64,000 bases of DNA from a virus: IMG/VR virus record IMGVR_UViG_3300043427_003402, one strand, 5' to 3'. Shown piece by piece: positions 18,374-28,300 of the stretch. The number at the start of each line of letters is the position of its first letter. The first letter of the stretch is position 1. Under the pieces are notes generated by a model, which was not told the DNA's origin, did no database searches, and was given only the letters and a program-made list of their open reading frames with translations. A program made the translations under genes and the position numbers.

Positions 18374-20223
18374 TAGTACTTACCATCTTTCCCTTGCCCG
18401 AAATACTGACCGTGCACGTAAGCGGGCACGGGATTAAACGTATCCCGAATCTGCGTGCGCGCCCCCGTCGCGGCGTTTTGGCGGAAGGTCTGGTTGACGA
18501 ATCGGAACGCTAGGTTAGCCATCCAGTCGTCCTTATGGAGGGCGGCGCGCTCGGTTCCGAGCATAATCGGTTTAACTATTAAACTGTTCTGCTTGAACAC
18601 TGGAACGTGCGAGATGTTCTGGTCCTTCAACTGCTTAACTGTTGCGGGGGTCAAAACCGTATACGGCGAAGCAGTACCGGTTTCGTGTGCAAGGATTCGG
18701 CCTTCAGCTTTCCCTAACTCCACCGTGTCATGAGCGGTGGGTAAATGCTGCTGGATGCTATTCCAGTGCACAACTTCCCCAGGCACGTAGTCGTGCGTTC
18801 CCGGGTGAATAACTTGGCCCAAGTTCAAGATACCGCGCGTCACAACTTCGGTAACACGTGAATTGCTACGGATACCCGCATCGGCATATATCTGCCGAAG
18901 CCTTGACGCGAAAAATTCGCGGCCCGCTTCCATGCCTTTGTGCTCAACCACGTCTACAGGGTTTATCTCGCCGTGAGATAAGGGGTCACCCTTCGCAACC
19001 CGCTGCCCAGGCTTGACTGTAACATCCAAGCCCGGTGCGACATAGTGCTTAATGTTTTTCACTGTCACGTTGAGCCCACCTGCCGCAGCTGGCTCGACGT
19101 GCGTAACCTCGCCCGACACGTGCGCGAGCGTCGCTGCACCTGCAAACATCTTCGGCGCGTGCATAAATTGAAGGATGGTCTGGAGCGGAGATTTGCTTGC
19201 GCCCACGACGCCACCAGCGTGCTTTTGGTTCAAGGCGAGCTGGGTCAAAGGCGCGGTCAAGCCTTGCGCGGCCTTCAAGCCGACGTGCTCACCCACTGGC
19301 GGCAGCCGCCCTTCTTCGTTCAGACCGGTGCATACTGCGCACACGCCTTTTGGCGCGGTGCAGAACAACGGACTGCGTATCTTTACGACGGTGCGCTGCT
19401 TCGCCAACCGCTCCCGCATCACGTTGGTGATAATGTCATTCCGGTGCCCGACGCCCGGTACGTCCTCAGCCAACGCCCGACCAATCAAGTCCGGGCTGTT
19501 CGCGGGCAGCTCGCGGCCGTGCGTAGTCTTACAGTCGTGGTCGGTTACCACCATATCCATGTGAATGGTGTTCAACTCTTTAGCGAACGCGCCCGGATCA
19601 CGTACAGCGGTGTAGGTGTTGACCAAGCCGCGTCTAGCGCCTTGCGCGTGCACATAGAAGTCGATAGGGCTCATTCCCTCACTGAAGCTTCGTTGCGCGA
19701 TTACCGGCAGCAGGTGATTGCTAGTATCGAGGTTTAGTCCCACCATCCCCAGCATCTGCCTGCCCATCGACGTGTCACCGCGTGCACCGGACTTGATCCA
19801 GCTAGTCAAATTATTCGGCCGGCTCTCGATCGCTGCTTTGATGCCGTTGTTTACGTGCTCTTCCACTTTTGCAAACAGCTCTAACTTTTTCTGCTGGAAC
19901 GGTAAGCTGCGGTTCAATTCTGGATTAAGCGCAGCCTCGTGGCGCAGACGCAGCAGCTGCGGCATGTGCGACTTAAACGCGGCGTCGCGAAGGTCTGTAT
20001 GAGGTTTCAGGTCGTTGATGCTGAAGCTCGAGCCCGACTCCAACGCGATCTGGTTACCGACGTCACGAAGATTTTGCACAACTGTCCCGTACTGCTTCGG
20101 GTGATGCTCGGCGATTGTTTGCAAAAGCTTACTTGTACCACCCTTATCCAACGGCCCCTGCAACGCAACGTCCGGCGGTAGCGCGCCTTGAATAAGAAGC
20201 TGCCCAATGGTAGTGGTCGACAT
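18373..20223 (-). CDS. rpoC: RNA polymerase beta' subunit, C-terminal half
   Basis: SGARG, SFSEGMSP, GARRGLVNT (bridge helix), DC.T..G, IRSPLFC..GVCAVC, AAQGLTAPLTQLALNQKHAGG (trigger loop). Confidence 0.92.
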   Translation of the reverse strand: MSTTTIGQLLIQGALPPDVALQGPLDKGGTSKLLQTIAEHHPKQYGTVVQNLRDVGNQIALESGSSFSINDLKPHTDLRDAAFKSHMPQLLRLRHEAALNPELNRSLPFQQKKLELFAKVEEHVNNGIKAAIESRPNNLTSWIKSGARGDTSMGRQMLGMVGLNLDTSNHLLPVIAQRSFSEGMSPIDFYVHAQGARRGLVNTYTAVRDPGAFAKELNTIHMDMVVTDHDCKTTHGRELPANSPDLIGRALAEDVPGVGHRNDIITNVMRERLAKQRTVVKIRSPLFCTAPKGVCAVCTGLNEEGRLPPVGEHVGLKAAQGLTAPLTQLALNQKHAGGVVGASKSPLQTILQFMHAPKMFAGAATLAHVSGEVTHVEPAAAGGLNVTVKNIKHYVAPGLDVTVKPGQRVAKGDPLSHGEINPVDVVEHKGMEAGREFFASRLRQIYADAGIRSNSRVTEVVTRGILNLGQVIHPGTHDYVPGEVVHWNSIQQHLPTAHDTVELGKAEGRILAHETGTASPYTVLTPATVKQLKDQNISHVPVFKQNSLIVKPIMLGTERAALHKDDWMANLAFRFVNQTFRQNAATGARTQIRDTFNPVPAYVHGQYFGQGKDGKY

Positions 20224-20231
20224 GCTCGCTC

Positions 20232-21794
20232 CTATTGTCGCTGCGGGGCGTGAAGGGGGCGCCGTAAAAGGTCCGTCAGTTGGTTATTCAACCGTGTTTT
20301 CTTATTCGCTACCGTGTACGTCCACTCGTCTACCGTGGCCCCTGCGGCCGGATTACGAAACATGCCAAATATCTTCGGCTGCACGCTCACGTAGCGGTTC
20401 ACATGCACTTCGGGCACCGGAGAGCCCGCCCGAATGCCTCGTGCTTCTGCCTGCTGCGTCACCTCGGGGTTGAAGTTAGGGTCGAGGGTTACGTGCAAAG
20501 TAGTTCCTGGAAGGTTGAGGCCCTCCGTGCCCGCAGAGTTAATCACCATGACTCGCTTCTTGCCCTTCATATAATCGTCAATGTGTTGCAGCCGTTCGGC
20601 CTTGCCCTGGTGCGTCTGCCCGACAAACACCCCCGGCTCGTAACCGTGGTGCTTCAGGCCCGCCACCGCGGCGTCTACTCCGCCGGTCACAAGATTCGTG
20701 TAAACAATCGCTTTGTTATTCGGGTCGGCTTTAAGGTGCGAGTCTACGTCCTTCAACGCGCGCTGCAGCTTGGGTGTTGCTAGCGCGCCTGACAAGGCGT
20801 CATGCCGGGCGTCCATCGTATGCACGCTGTTCGCCACTTGGCGCGCGCGAATGATCTTTGCCAGCATACTCCGTGCTTCGCTCGAGCTAACAGGAACGTT
20901 ATTGCGAACCTTGGCCGCAATCGCTGGTGAAACATTTGCCATTGCGTAGTCGTATAATTCTTTTTGGTGGGCGCTCATCTCTACTGGAATATTGTGCACG
21001 ATTTTGCGCGGCATGTTTGTTGCCACCGCCTCTACGGGGACGTAATGAAGATGCTTATCAAGTTCCTCTTTAAGGTAGCGCATGTTTTTAAGCGCTGGCT
21101 CCACGGTCCGGACGCCCATGCCAAACGCAGCAAACGGCCCGTGCGTTTCTACGCGTTGCCCCACGTACATACGATCAAACTGTTTGGGCGTACCAAGCTT
21201 ATGTTTGCCATCTGTCACGATGTCGACAAGCGGGACGATGTCGTGGGGGTGATTCATGACCGGGGAGCCCGAAAGCGCAATAAAATTCTTCACCTTTCGC
21301 CGCGCTTCGCGCATCGCGGAAAAATTAAGCGACTGATCATTACGCCCCTTATGCGCCTCGTCCCAAATAATCGTGTCCGCTTGGGTCTTGGCGACATATG
21401 CGTGCGGATCCTTTCGGAACAACTCGTTGCTTACAACGTAGTAGTGCGCGTTCGGAAGTTCTTGGTCAATCTGAAGGCTGCCTTTTTCATTCTTCGGCCC
21501 GAATTTAAGGGCCTTACTCGTAGTGAATTTGTTTACGCCTTGTTCTATGAAATTTTCCCGCAGGCTCGACGGCACGACGACAAGCGCGCGCTTCGCTTTA
21601 CCCGAATCCCGCAAGTGCTCAAAGATGGCGGCGGAACTCAGCGTCTTACCGGTTCCGACCCCGTGCGCGAGCAAGATTGAGCCGTTGTTAGCGACCGCAC
21701 GGTCTACAGCATCGCGCTGGTGCGGCTGCAGGGTCACGTCTGGCCGCAGCGCGCCCATTTTGGCGAGATAGCACTGGTACGGTGTCATGTACAT
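20232..21794 (-). CDS. SNF2-family (SF2) helicase/ATPase
   Basis: LQPHQ, HGVGTGKT, DEAH, LSGSP, GTEGLNL, QAEARGIR. Confidence 0.9.
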   Translation of the reverse strand: MYMTPYQCYLAKMGALRPDVTLQPHQRDAVDRAVANNGSILLAHGVGTGKTLSSAAIFEHLRDSGKAKRALVVVPSSLRENFIEQGVNKFTTSKALKFGPKNEKGSLQIDQELPNAHYYVVSNELFRKDPHAYVAKTQADTIIWDEAHKGRNDQSLNFSAMREARRKVKNFIALSGSPVMNHPHDIVPLVDIVTDGKHKLGTPKQFDRMYVGQRVETHGPFAAFGMGVRTVEPALKNMRYLKEELDKHLHYVPVEAVATNMPRKIVHNIPVEMSAHQKELYDYAMANVSPAIAAKVRNNVPVSSSEARSMLAKIIRARQVANSVHTMDARHDALSGALATPKLQRALKDVDSHLKADPNNKAIVYTNLVTGGVDAAVAGLKHHGYEPGVFVGQTHQGKAERLQHIDDYMKGKKRVMVINSAGTEGLNLPGTTLHVTLDPNFNPEVTQQAEARGIRAGSPVPEVHVNRYVSVQPKIFGMFRNPAAGATVDEWTYTVANKKTRLNNQLTDLLRRPLHAPQRQ

Positions 21795-21799
21795 ACGCT

Positions 21800-21806
21800 A
21801 ATTATC
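21800..21806 (-). promoter_or_regulatory. GATAATT putative phage promoter element
   Basis: CAGGTGATAATT just after the RNR terminator, a few nt before the helicase ATG. Confidence 0.55.
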
Positions 21807-21810
21807 ACCT

Positions 21811-21849
21811 GAAAATAAAAGCCACTCCCGGAAAGTTTCCGGAAGTGGC
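21811..21849 (-). terminator. Rho-independent terminator after nrdJ
   Basis: GCCACTTCCGGAAA-C-TTTCCGGGAGTGGC followed by TTTTATTTT. Confidence 0.8.
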
Positions 21850-21868
21850 GACCAGTACTGTTAGAGGG

Positions 21869-24800
21869 TTAGCCGCACTTAGAGAAGCCGCAACTGAGGT
21901 CAGAACACTTGCAGCAGCCTTCCTCAAACTTTAAGGCACTGCCGCAATCTGGGCACTCAGGACTCTCACCAAAAATGGTGACAGCCTCATCAACATAAAC
22001 TTGCTCGGTCGACAAGCTTAAATTGCTGAACGACAACTCCGTTTGCAACGCGTCAAGAGCTTCTGAGCCGGCGCCTTGGAAGAACGCGGGAGCAGCTTTG
22101 AGCGCCTTGCCCAGACCGTCCGGGATGCTCAAGACTTTGTTCGGCCCCAAGCCCGCTTGGTCTGCGCTACGGATACCGATCAGCGTCCGTGCTACGTCAT
22201 CCACCGGCGCCCCGTGCTGCAACGCCATGGACGCCAAGCGCCCAATGGCCTCAGCCAAGCTGTGGATCGTACCACCGGAGCGGCCAATCGTGAGCAGCAC
22301 CTCGCGAAGACCAAGCTCGTCGTAGTTGAAGGTGGTCAACATTTTCCCGTTACCGGTGTGGATCACGCTGGTGAAGCCCGCCAACGTCTCGGGACGCGGG
22401 CGCGGCGTACCACCCCTAGTCGCCGTAGGCACCGTGGCTTCCAACTGCGCAGCTTCGGCTAGCTCCTTGCTGGACTTTGTACCGGTGGTAAGCGGTTGGA
22501 ACGAACGCGAACCGTCGCGGTATACGGTGATGCCTTTGCACCCCAGAGACAACGCCATGTCGTACGCGTCAAGCACGTCTGCTACTGTGGCGGTGGCAGG
22601 CAGGTTAATCGTCTTAGACGTGGCCGAGTCGTTAAACCCTTGCAAAATCGCCTGCATCTTAACGTGCGCGTCAGGGCGTATGTCACCGGCGGTAACAAAC
22701 ACCTCGCACAGCTCAGTTAGCTCTTCTTTGCCGAGCCAGTAGTCTAGCGCGCCCGCAGCTGCAGCCGCGTCTACCGAGCCTTGATGCCGCGCCACGATCT
22801 CAAGAATCTCATCGCGTTCAGCTTCGTTAAACGCCGAGAGCGCCGCTACAAACTCTGGATCGCCGTCGCGCATCTCCAAGCCAGCCTGGAAACGCGAAAA
22901 GACTAAGCCAAACAACGGCTCGCAGCCGCCAGTTGTGTCGTGAAACACCGACAACGTCCCTGTTGGCGCAATCGTCGTGGTCGTCGAGTTGCGAATACCG
23001 GTTTCGGTAACTCGGGTTTGGCACTCGACGTAAGTGTCCATGATATGGTGCCAAATCGGTTCCAGCGCTCTTACGGCGTTATCGGAAGCCGTCTGCGCCT
23101 TTTCAATTCGACGCGCCAGCAGGTCTTGGTGGAACGCAACCGACTCGTCCCAATTATTTACAAAATAGGGATAGGCGCCGCGCTCAGTCGCCAAGTCGAT
23201 AGACGCGCGCTTGGCCTCGGCGTCGATAAACGCGTACAGCGCAGCAGCTGTGTTGCGGCCTTCTCTTGAATCGTACGCAAGCCGCAGTTTGAACAACGCC
23301 CGTGCAAGGCCCATAATACCGAGCCCGAGCTTACGGGTAGTCATAGCGATCTCTTTAATTTGTGGAACTTTCGGAACGTACGCGTTGGCTTCTACCACGT
23401 TGTCCATAAACCGAATACTCAGATGAACGGCCGCGCGCAAACCTGACCAGTCAATAATCGCGTCGGGCCCGGAGCCAATAACGAACTGGTCCAACGTGAT
23501 TGAACCTAAGTTGCACGACTCGTAAGGAATCAAAGGCTGTTCCCCGCAGTTCGCAGACAGTATCCCGTCGTGCTCACCGCAGGCGACAAAGTACCGGTGC
23601 GTGTCGTCTACGGTCCCGTTGTACACGTCCGCAAGCTCGCCTGTTCTTACAACTTTTACAACTTTGTGGTTTACAACAGCCTGGTCTTTTTCAGGACGAA
23701 CCCAGCCTAGTCGTTTCATAACAGTGTATTTTGAGCAGCCCACTTCAGCGGCTATTTGCTTAAAGCTCTTGCCACTTTCCCGAAGAGCGGTCAGCTGAGC
23801 GTCGTCGAGGTCGCGACGATAACGGCCATTGTTTTCACCGTCTGTAGGGATTAAGTAGAGCGGGTTACGCTCGTCCCAGACACCGTACATAGGGTTCTTA
23901 TCGCCCTGCATGTGCTCCGAGTTATGCTCAGTACCTAGCTTAATTTCAAGATTCGTAGGCCGGTTGTCACTTCTATCCTCGTTAATGTGGTGACAGTGTT
24001 CAGCCGGATAGTCAGGGCGCCGGCCCGTGTGGCCGCTGACCATGACGTGATGGTACAGCGGGGCCTCAATGCCGTTCGATATTCTCAGGTAGCCTTTCGT
24101 GTTTGCCTTATACCGGTAAACGCTCATCAAAGAGTCGTTAGGTTTCAAGTCTTGAACTTGAACCTTCATACCGTTCCGCAGGTACAAATTATGGTCTAAT
24201 GTGGCCTTCAAGACTGTACCGTCGTCCAAATGTAGCTCTGCAACCTCAACCGCCTGCCGGGTTAACCGGGGCGCGCGCATCAGCTTGACCACGAAATTAC
24301 CTTGATCGTCTTGGGACAACACTTGTACACCGGTGCCGCGCTCCGCAAGGTCTTTGAAAGAGACGTGCCCGTCAACAGTCCATACCTGCGTGTCCCCAGT
24401 CCAGCACGGATTTGTCGCCTCGTACGCACCCAATCTTGGAACAGGGTTGTCACGGTTCATGCGGTCGATAAAGGCCAGACCAGGCTCGCCTGTTGCGTGT
24501 GCCCGCTCCGCGATGTGGCGCCACACCTCACGCGCGCTCAGAAATTCCCCCGTCGGTCCCGAGCGCGGATTGATTAACTCGTAGCGGTCGTCGTCGGCTT
24601 CGAGCGCCGTCAGGAACGCGTCAGTGACTGCAACCGAGACGTTAAAGTTTGTCAGCTGCGACAAGTCGCTTTTGAGGTCAATGAACTCCAAAATGTCAGG
24701 CGAGTCGACACGCAAGATGCCCATGTTCGCGCCGCGCCGAATACCGCCTTGCTTAATAGCCTCTGTGGCGGCGTTAAAAACTTTCATAAAAGGAACTGGC

Positions 24801-25270
24801 CCGGAACTCGCGCCTTTCGTGCTGCCCACAGTGTCGTTTTTGGGCCGCAGGCGCGTGAAAGCGAAGCCGGTTCCGCCACCTGTTTGATGTATAAGCGCCG
24901 CGTGCTTTATCGTGTCAAAAATGCCGGAGAGGTCGTCTTCCACAGGCAGTACGTAGCACGCGCTGAACTGGCCAGTCCGGATACCCGCGTTGGCAAGCGT
25001 CGGCGAGTTAGGCAGAAACTGCCGCCCGCGCATCAATTCAAAAAAAGCTCTGTGGAGCTCTGCAACTTTATCCGCGCCGCCAAACGCGGCTTCGGCCGCC
25101 GCCATCACTTCGGCAGTGCGCCAGTACATCCCGTCTACGTCTTCTAAAATTGTCTGGTCGTCTAACTTGTTGAAATAACGTTTCTCCATGACACTGACGG
25201 CGTTTGCCGACACCGGCGGCGCGGTTTCGACCCACGCCTGGACATCCGAAGGTAAATCCGACAAAAACAT
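21869..25270 (-). CDS. nrdJ: Class II (B12-dependent) ribonucleotide reductase with intein and C-terminal TSCPD/Zn-ribbon region
   Basis: FLPNSPTL, SACYV, GGGTG, QGGIRRGANM, NP|CGEQPL, SCNLGSI, TIAPTGT, SKTIN, KGITVYRDGSR, CPDCG...C.C..CGFSKC; SD GAGGT before ATG 25270. Confidence 0.93.
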   Translation of the reverse strand: MFLSDLPSDVQAWVETAPPVSANAVSVMEKRYFNKLDDQTILEDVDGMYWRTAEVMAAAEAAFGGADKVAELHRAFFELMRGRQFLPNSPTLANAGIRTGQFSACYVLPVEDDLSGIFDTIKHAALIHQTGGGTGFAFTRLRPKNDTVGSTKGASSGPVPFMKVFNAATEAIKQGGIRRGANMGILRVDSPDILEFIDLKSDLSQLTNFNVSVAVTDAFLTALEADDDRYELINPRSGPTGEFLSAREVWRHIAERAHATGEPGLAFIDRMNRDNPVPRLGAYEATNPCWTGDTQVWTVDGHVSFKDLAERGTGVQVLSQDDQGNFVVKLMRAPRLTRQAVEVAELHLDDGTVLKATLDHNLYLRNGMKVQVQDLKPNDSLMSVYRYKANTKGYLRISNGIEAPLYHHVMVSGHTGRRPDYPAEHCHHINEDRSDNRPTNLEIKLGTEHNSEHMQGDKNPMYGVWDERNPLYLIPTDGENNGRYRRDLDDAQLTALRESGKSFKQIAAEVGCSKYTVMKRLGWVRPEKDQAVVNHKVVKVVRTGELADVYNGTVDDTHRYFVACGEHDGILSANCGEQPLIPYESCNLGSITLDQFVIGSGPDAIIDWSGLRAAVHLSIRFMDNVVEANAYVPKVPQIKEIAMTTRKLGLGIMGLARALFKLRLAYDSREGRNTAAALYAFIDAEAKRASIDLATERGAYPYFVNNWDESVAFHQDLLARRIEKAQTASDNAVRALEPIWHHIMDTYVECQTRVTETGIRNSTTTTIAPTGTLSVFHDTTGGCEPLFGLVFSRFQAGLEMRDGDPEFVAALSAFNEAERDEILEIVARHQGSVDAAAAAGALDYWLGKEELTELCEVFVTAGDIRPDAHVKMQAILQGFNDSATSKTINLPATATVADVLDAYDMALSLGCKGITVYRDGSRSFQPLTTGTKSSKELAEAAQLEATVPTATRGGTPRPRPETLAGFTSVIHTGNGKMLTTFNYDELGLREVLLTIGRSGGTIHSLAEAIGRLASMALQHGAPVDDVARTLIGIRSADQAGLGPNKVLSIPDGLGKALKAAPAFFQGAGSEALDALQTELSFSNLSLSTEQVYVDEAVTIFGESPECPDCGSALKFEEGCCKCSDLSCGFSKCG
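23549..24406 (-). mobile_element. Intein, 286 aa, with HNH homing endonuclease
   Basis: Starts CWTGDTQV; block B ATLDH; HCHHINEDRSDNRPTNL..H..EH; HTH; ends DVYNGTVDDTHRYFV...ILSAN|C. Confidence 0.88.
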
Positions 25271-25345
25271 AGCTACCTCTAATAAAGCGAGCACGACAAA
25301 CGCGTCCTTTTAAACGCGCGCGTAGGGGTACCTGCGGCAAACTAC

Positions 25346-28300
25346 CTATTCGATCGAAATCGGATCGTTAATACGAATCCGTCCCTCTCGGTAAGCAGCG
25401 ATTGCCTCCTCTTTTGTCCGGAACCGTGCTACGGGGCTGCTACCCTGCGGCGCGGTCGCCTTCCACAAACCCAGTACCGTCTCTTGCGACGGCACGTGCA
25501 TTGGCGCATGATTTAGTGGGTTAAACAAGTTGTTTGACGGTAACATTTTGTAAACATCCTTGACGCCTTCCGGCGTAACGGGAATGTTCACACCCATCTG
25601 GTCTCCGTCAAAGTCAGCGTTTAAGCCCTTCAGCACCAACGTGTTCATGTGTAAACTCTTTCCGTCAACAATACGGGGCTTCAGCCCCACCAAATTAAAC
25701 TTATGCAAACTAGGTGCGCGGCTCAGGACGAGAGGAGTTTTGGCCATCACGTTTAGCACCGCTTGAGAAGCTGTTGGCGTCTTATCCTCGAAATGGCGGG
25801 CGGCTACCGGCAACGGCATACCGCCCTGAACAAGATCACCTATCGCGTGGTTGCGATAAATTTTCATAGCCATGTCGTGGGGAATTCCAACTTCATCTAT
25901 ACCAAGAGACGGATCGGGAACGATAACCCCGCGGCCAGTAATGTCCTGGCGGCGGCTAAGAAGTTTGCTTTGGAAATAACCATCTTTTGCCTGCCCGCTT
26001 CCTGCAATCACTTTCAGGAACCCTTGTGCAGGTCGTTCACCTCGCATGTTTTCAACCACCGGGTCAAGCCCCTGCACTTTTTCAAACGCCTCGTGTAAAC
26101 CCTTGCGTAGGTCCCGTATCGTGGTAGGGTCGCCGATCTTTTTATGCTCTGTGAGCTGATCGTTGACCAACATCAGCGATTTGTACAGGTGATTTGCGTC
26201 AGATACTACGAGGCGGCCAGTTTCGGAATCAGGGTATATTGGCCGCATAGCGGGAGGAATTACCGGAACGTGATTCAAAATGTAAGCGTCTTGCGGTTTT
26301 AAATCTGCTTGGTCTAAAGCTTTAAGAAACTTTAATTGTTTGTAGATAGCGTCCTTTTTTGAGACAGAATTAGTGCTGTTTACTTCTGAACTTAGTTGTT
26401 TGATCTTAGTCTTTACATCAATCTTTGATAACTGTTCTTTAATGTGTTCGGCGCCGTGGTTGTATAGCGTATCAGCGTATGACTGCTTCGTCAAGCCCAG
26501 CAGCGTACGCGTTGCGTTAGCGAATAAAGGGTTGACAATCGGCTCCGTCAAATTGATGTGCGACCAGCGGTTGCCGACAAGGCCGCCCGTGCTACGGGTG
26601 TCGAAAAGTCCACCCTCTTCGGGACGGTAAGGCAGGCCGGTCGTAGGATCAGGTTTATCGTGCACCGTTAGCGGCTGCGTGACTGCGCCCGAAGACATGG
26701 TTAGCACGTCCTTGTTAGTCATCGGAAGCAGCGCAATCGAGTTGCCTTCCTTTTTAAGGTTCAAGCCCATACCTTGAAGCATACCCTCAAACTTTTTGAA
26801 CGCAAACGTGGGCTTTGCCGGCGGCAGCGGCTTGCCCTGCCACATGGCCTGGAGCACCTCGGGGTTCGCTTCGCTCTTGTGCTGCACGTCCTGTAACAGC
26901 GCACGGCTGCCTTGGGCGAGAAGACTGTACAGGTCAAGCGTGCCGATGCTCTTGGCGCCTTCTTCGCCGCCTTTCGCTGGTCGAAGGTCAATGTCGTACT
27001 CGCCGCCAGACCGCGCGCTAAACCCGGTTTCGGCCTGCTTGAACAGCTTCAGCATGTACATCGGCCCCATCAACGTACGGCCAAGAGAACGCTTCGTAGT
27101 CGGATCAAAAAGCTCCTCGGTTCCATCCGTGCCCGCCTTACGCGCCAGCTCGTTCACTTTTTCCCAGACGTTCCCGGTTTGAAAGTGCGGAAATACTTGC
27201 TGCTTGATTCCAAGCTTCTGTAACGACTTAGCGGCAATCGTCTCGAATATCTGCCCGTTGTTCATACGTGAGGTCAACCCGGCAGAGTTCAGGATCACGT
27301 CGGGGATCTGCCCGTCGGCAGTCCGTGGCGCCTCGTGGTCGGGGATGATTGCAGAGATGACGCCTTTGTTACCGTGCCGACCTGAAAGCTTGTCCCCGAC
27401 CTGCACTGTGGCTTTGGCGGAGATGGCGACTTTTATCCCCTCGGGCGTCTTCTCCACCGCCATGACTTTTCCTTCGTACGGCCGGTCCCACACGACGGCC
27501 TTATTTGCGTAGGGCTGGCGGAAGCCTTTGTTTGCGCGCCCGAGAATCAACTCTTCCGGCGTAACGAGGCGTTTGCGCAAGCCCAACATAATAGGGTCGC
27601 CGTTCGTTAACACCTGCCCGACCTTCACAACGCCGTGCTCATCCACCTTCGCAAAGTGCTTATTTTCAAACTCGGTCGGGAAGTGCGCCTTGAACTTCGC
27701 CAAGTCAAAAACGGAGCGTTCGTCAATGAGCGCCTCTTCGGTGTGCAGGTGCTGGCTGACCAGCTTGTCGGCGCCTTGACGCGTCACCACGATCGCGTCT
27801 TCGTGGTTCAGTCCCTTATACGGCATAAACGCGACGGTTAGATTTTTACCGAGTGCAGCAGCAGCGCCGGTCGTAAAGTTGTTGCCCGCGAGCAACTGCC
27901 CGGGTGTCACCTTGTCGCCAGGCTTGACTTGCAGGTCGCCGTGCAAGAAACTGCCGCCATTCAAGGGAAACTCGTGCGGGTAGTTTACTTTGACGACTTG
28001 CCCTTGGGCGGTCTTCAAATGAATGACACCGGGATCAATTTTGTGAACAGTGCCTGCGGCGGGGCTTCGTACAACGAAGTCTTCCAGCGCGTTACGCGCA
28101 AACGGCGTGTCCACGATTGGCGGTTCGCGGTCCACTAAACTTACTGCCTGCCCCAGCATCTTCGCGCCCATCGCAGCGCGGTGCGCGTGTGTCGACTGGA
28201 TGAACGGCACCATGGTGGTAGACACTGTGAACTGCGAACCTGTCGGAATGCGGTACTGTACGTGCTGCGGCTTGGCGTCAATCACCATACCCTGGTGCAC

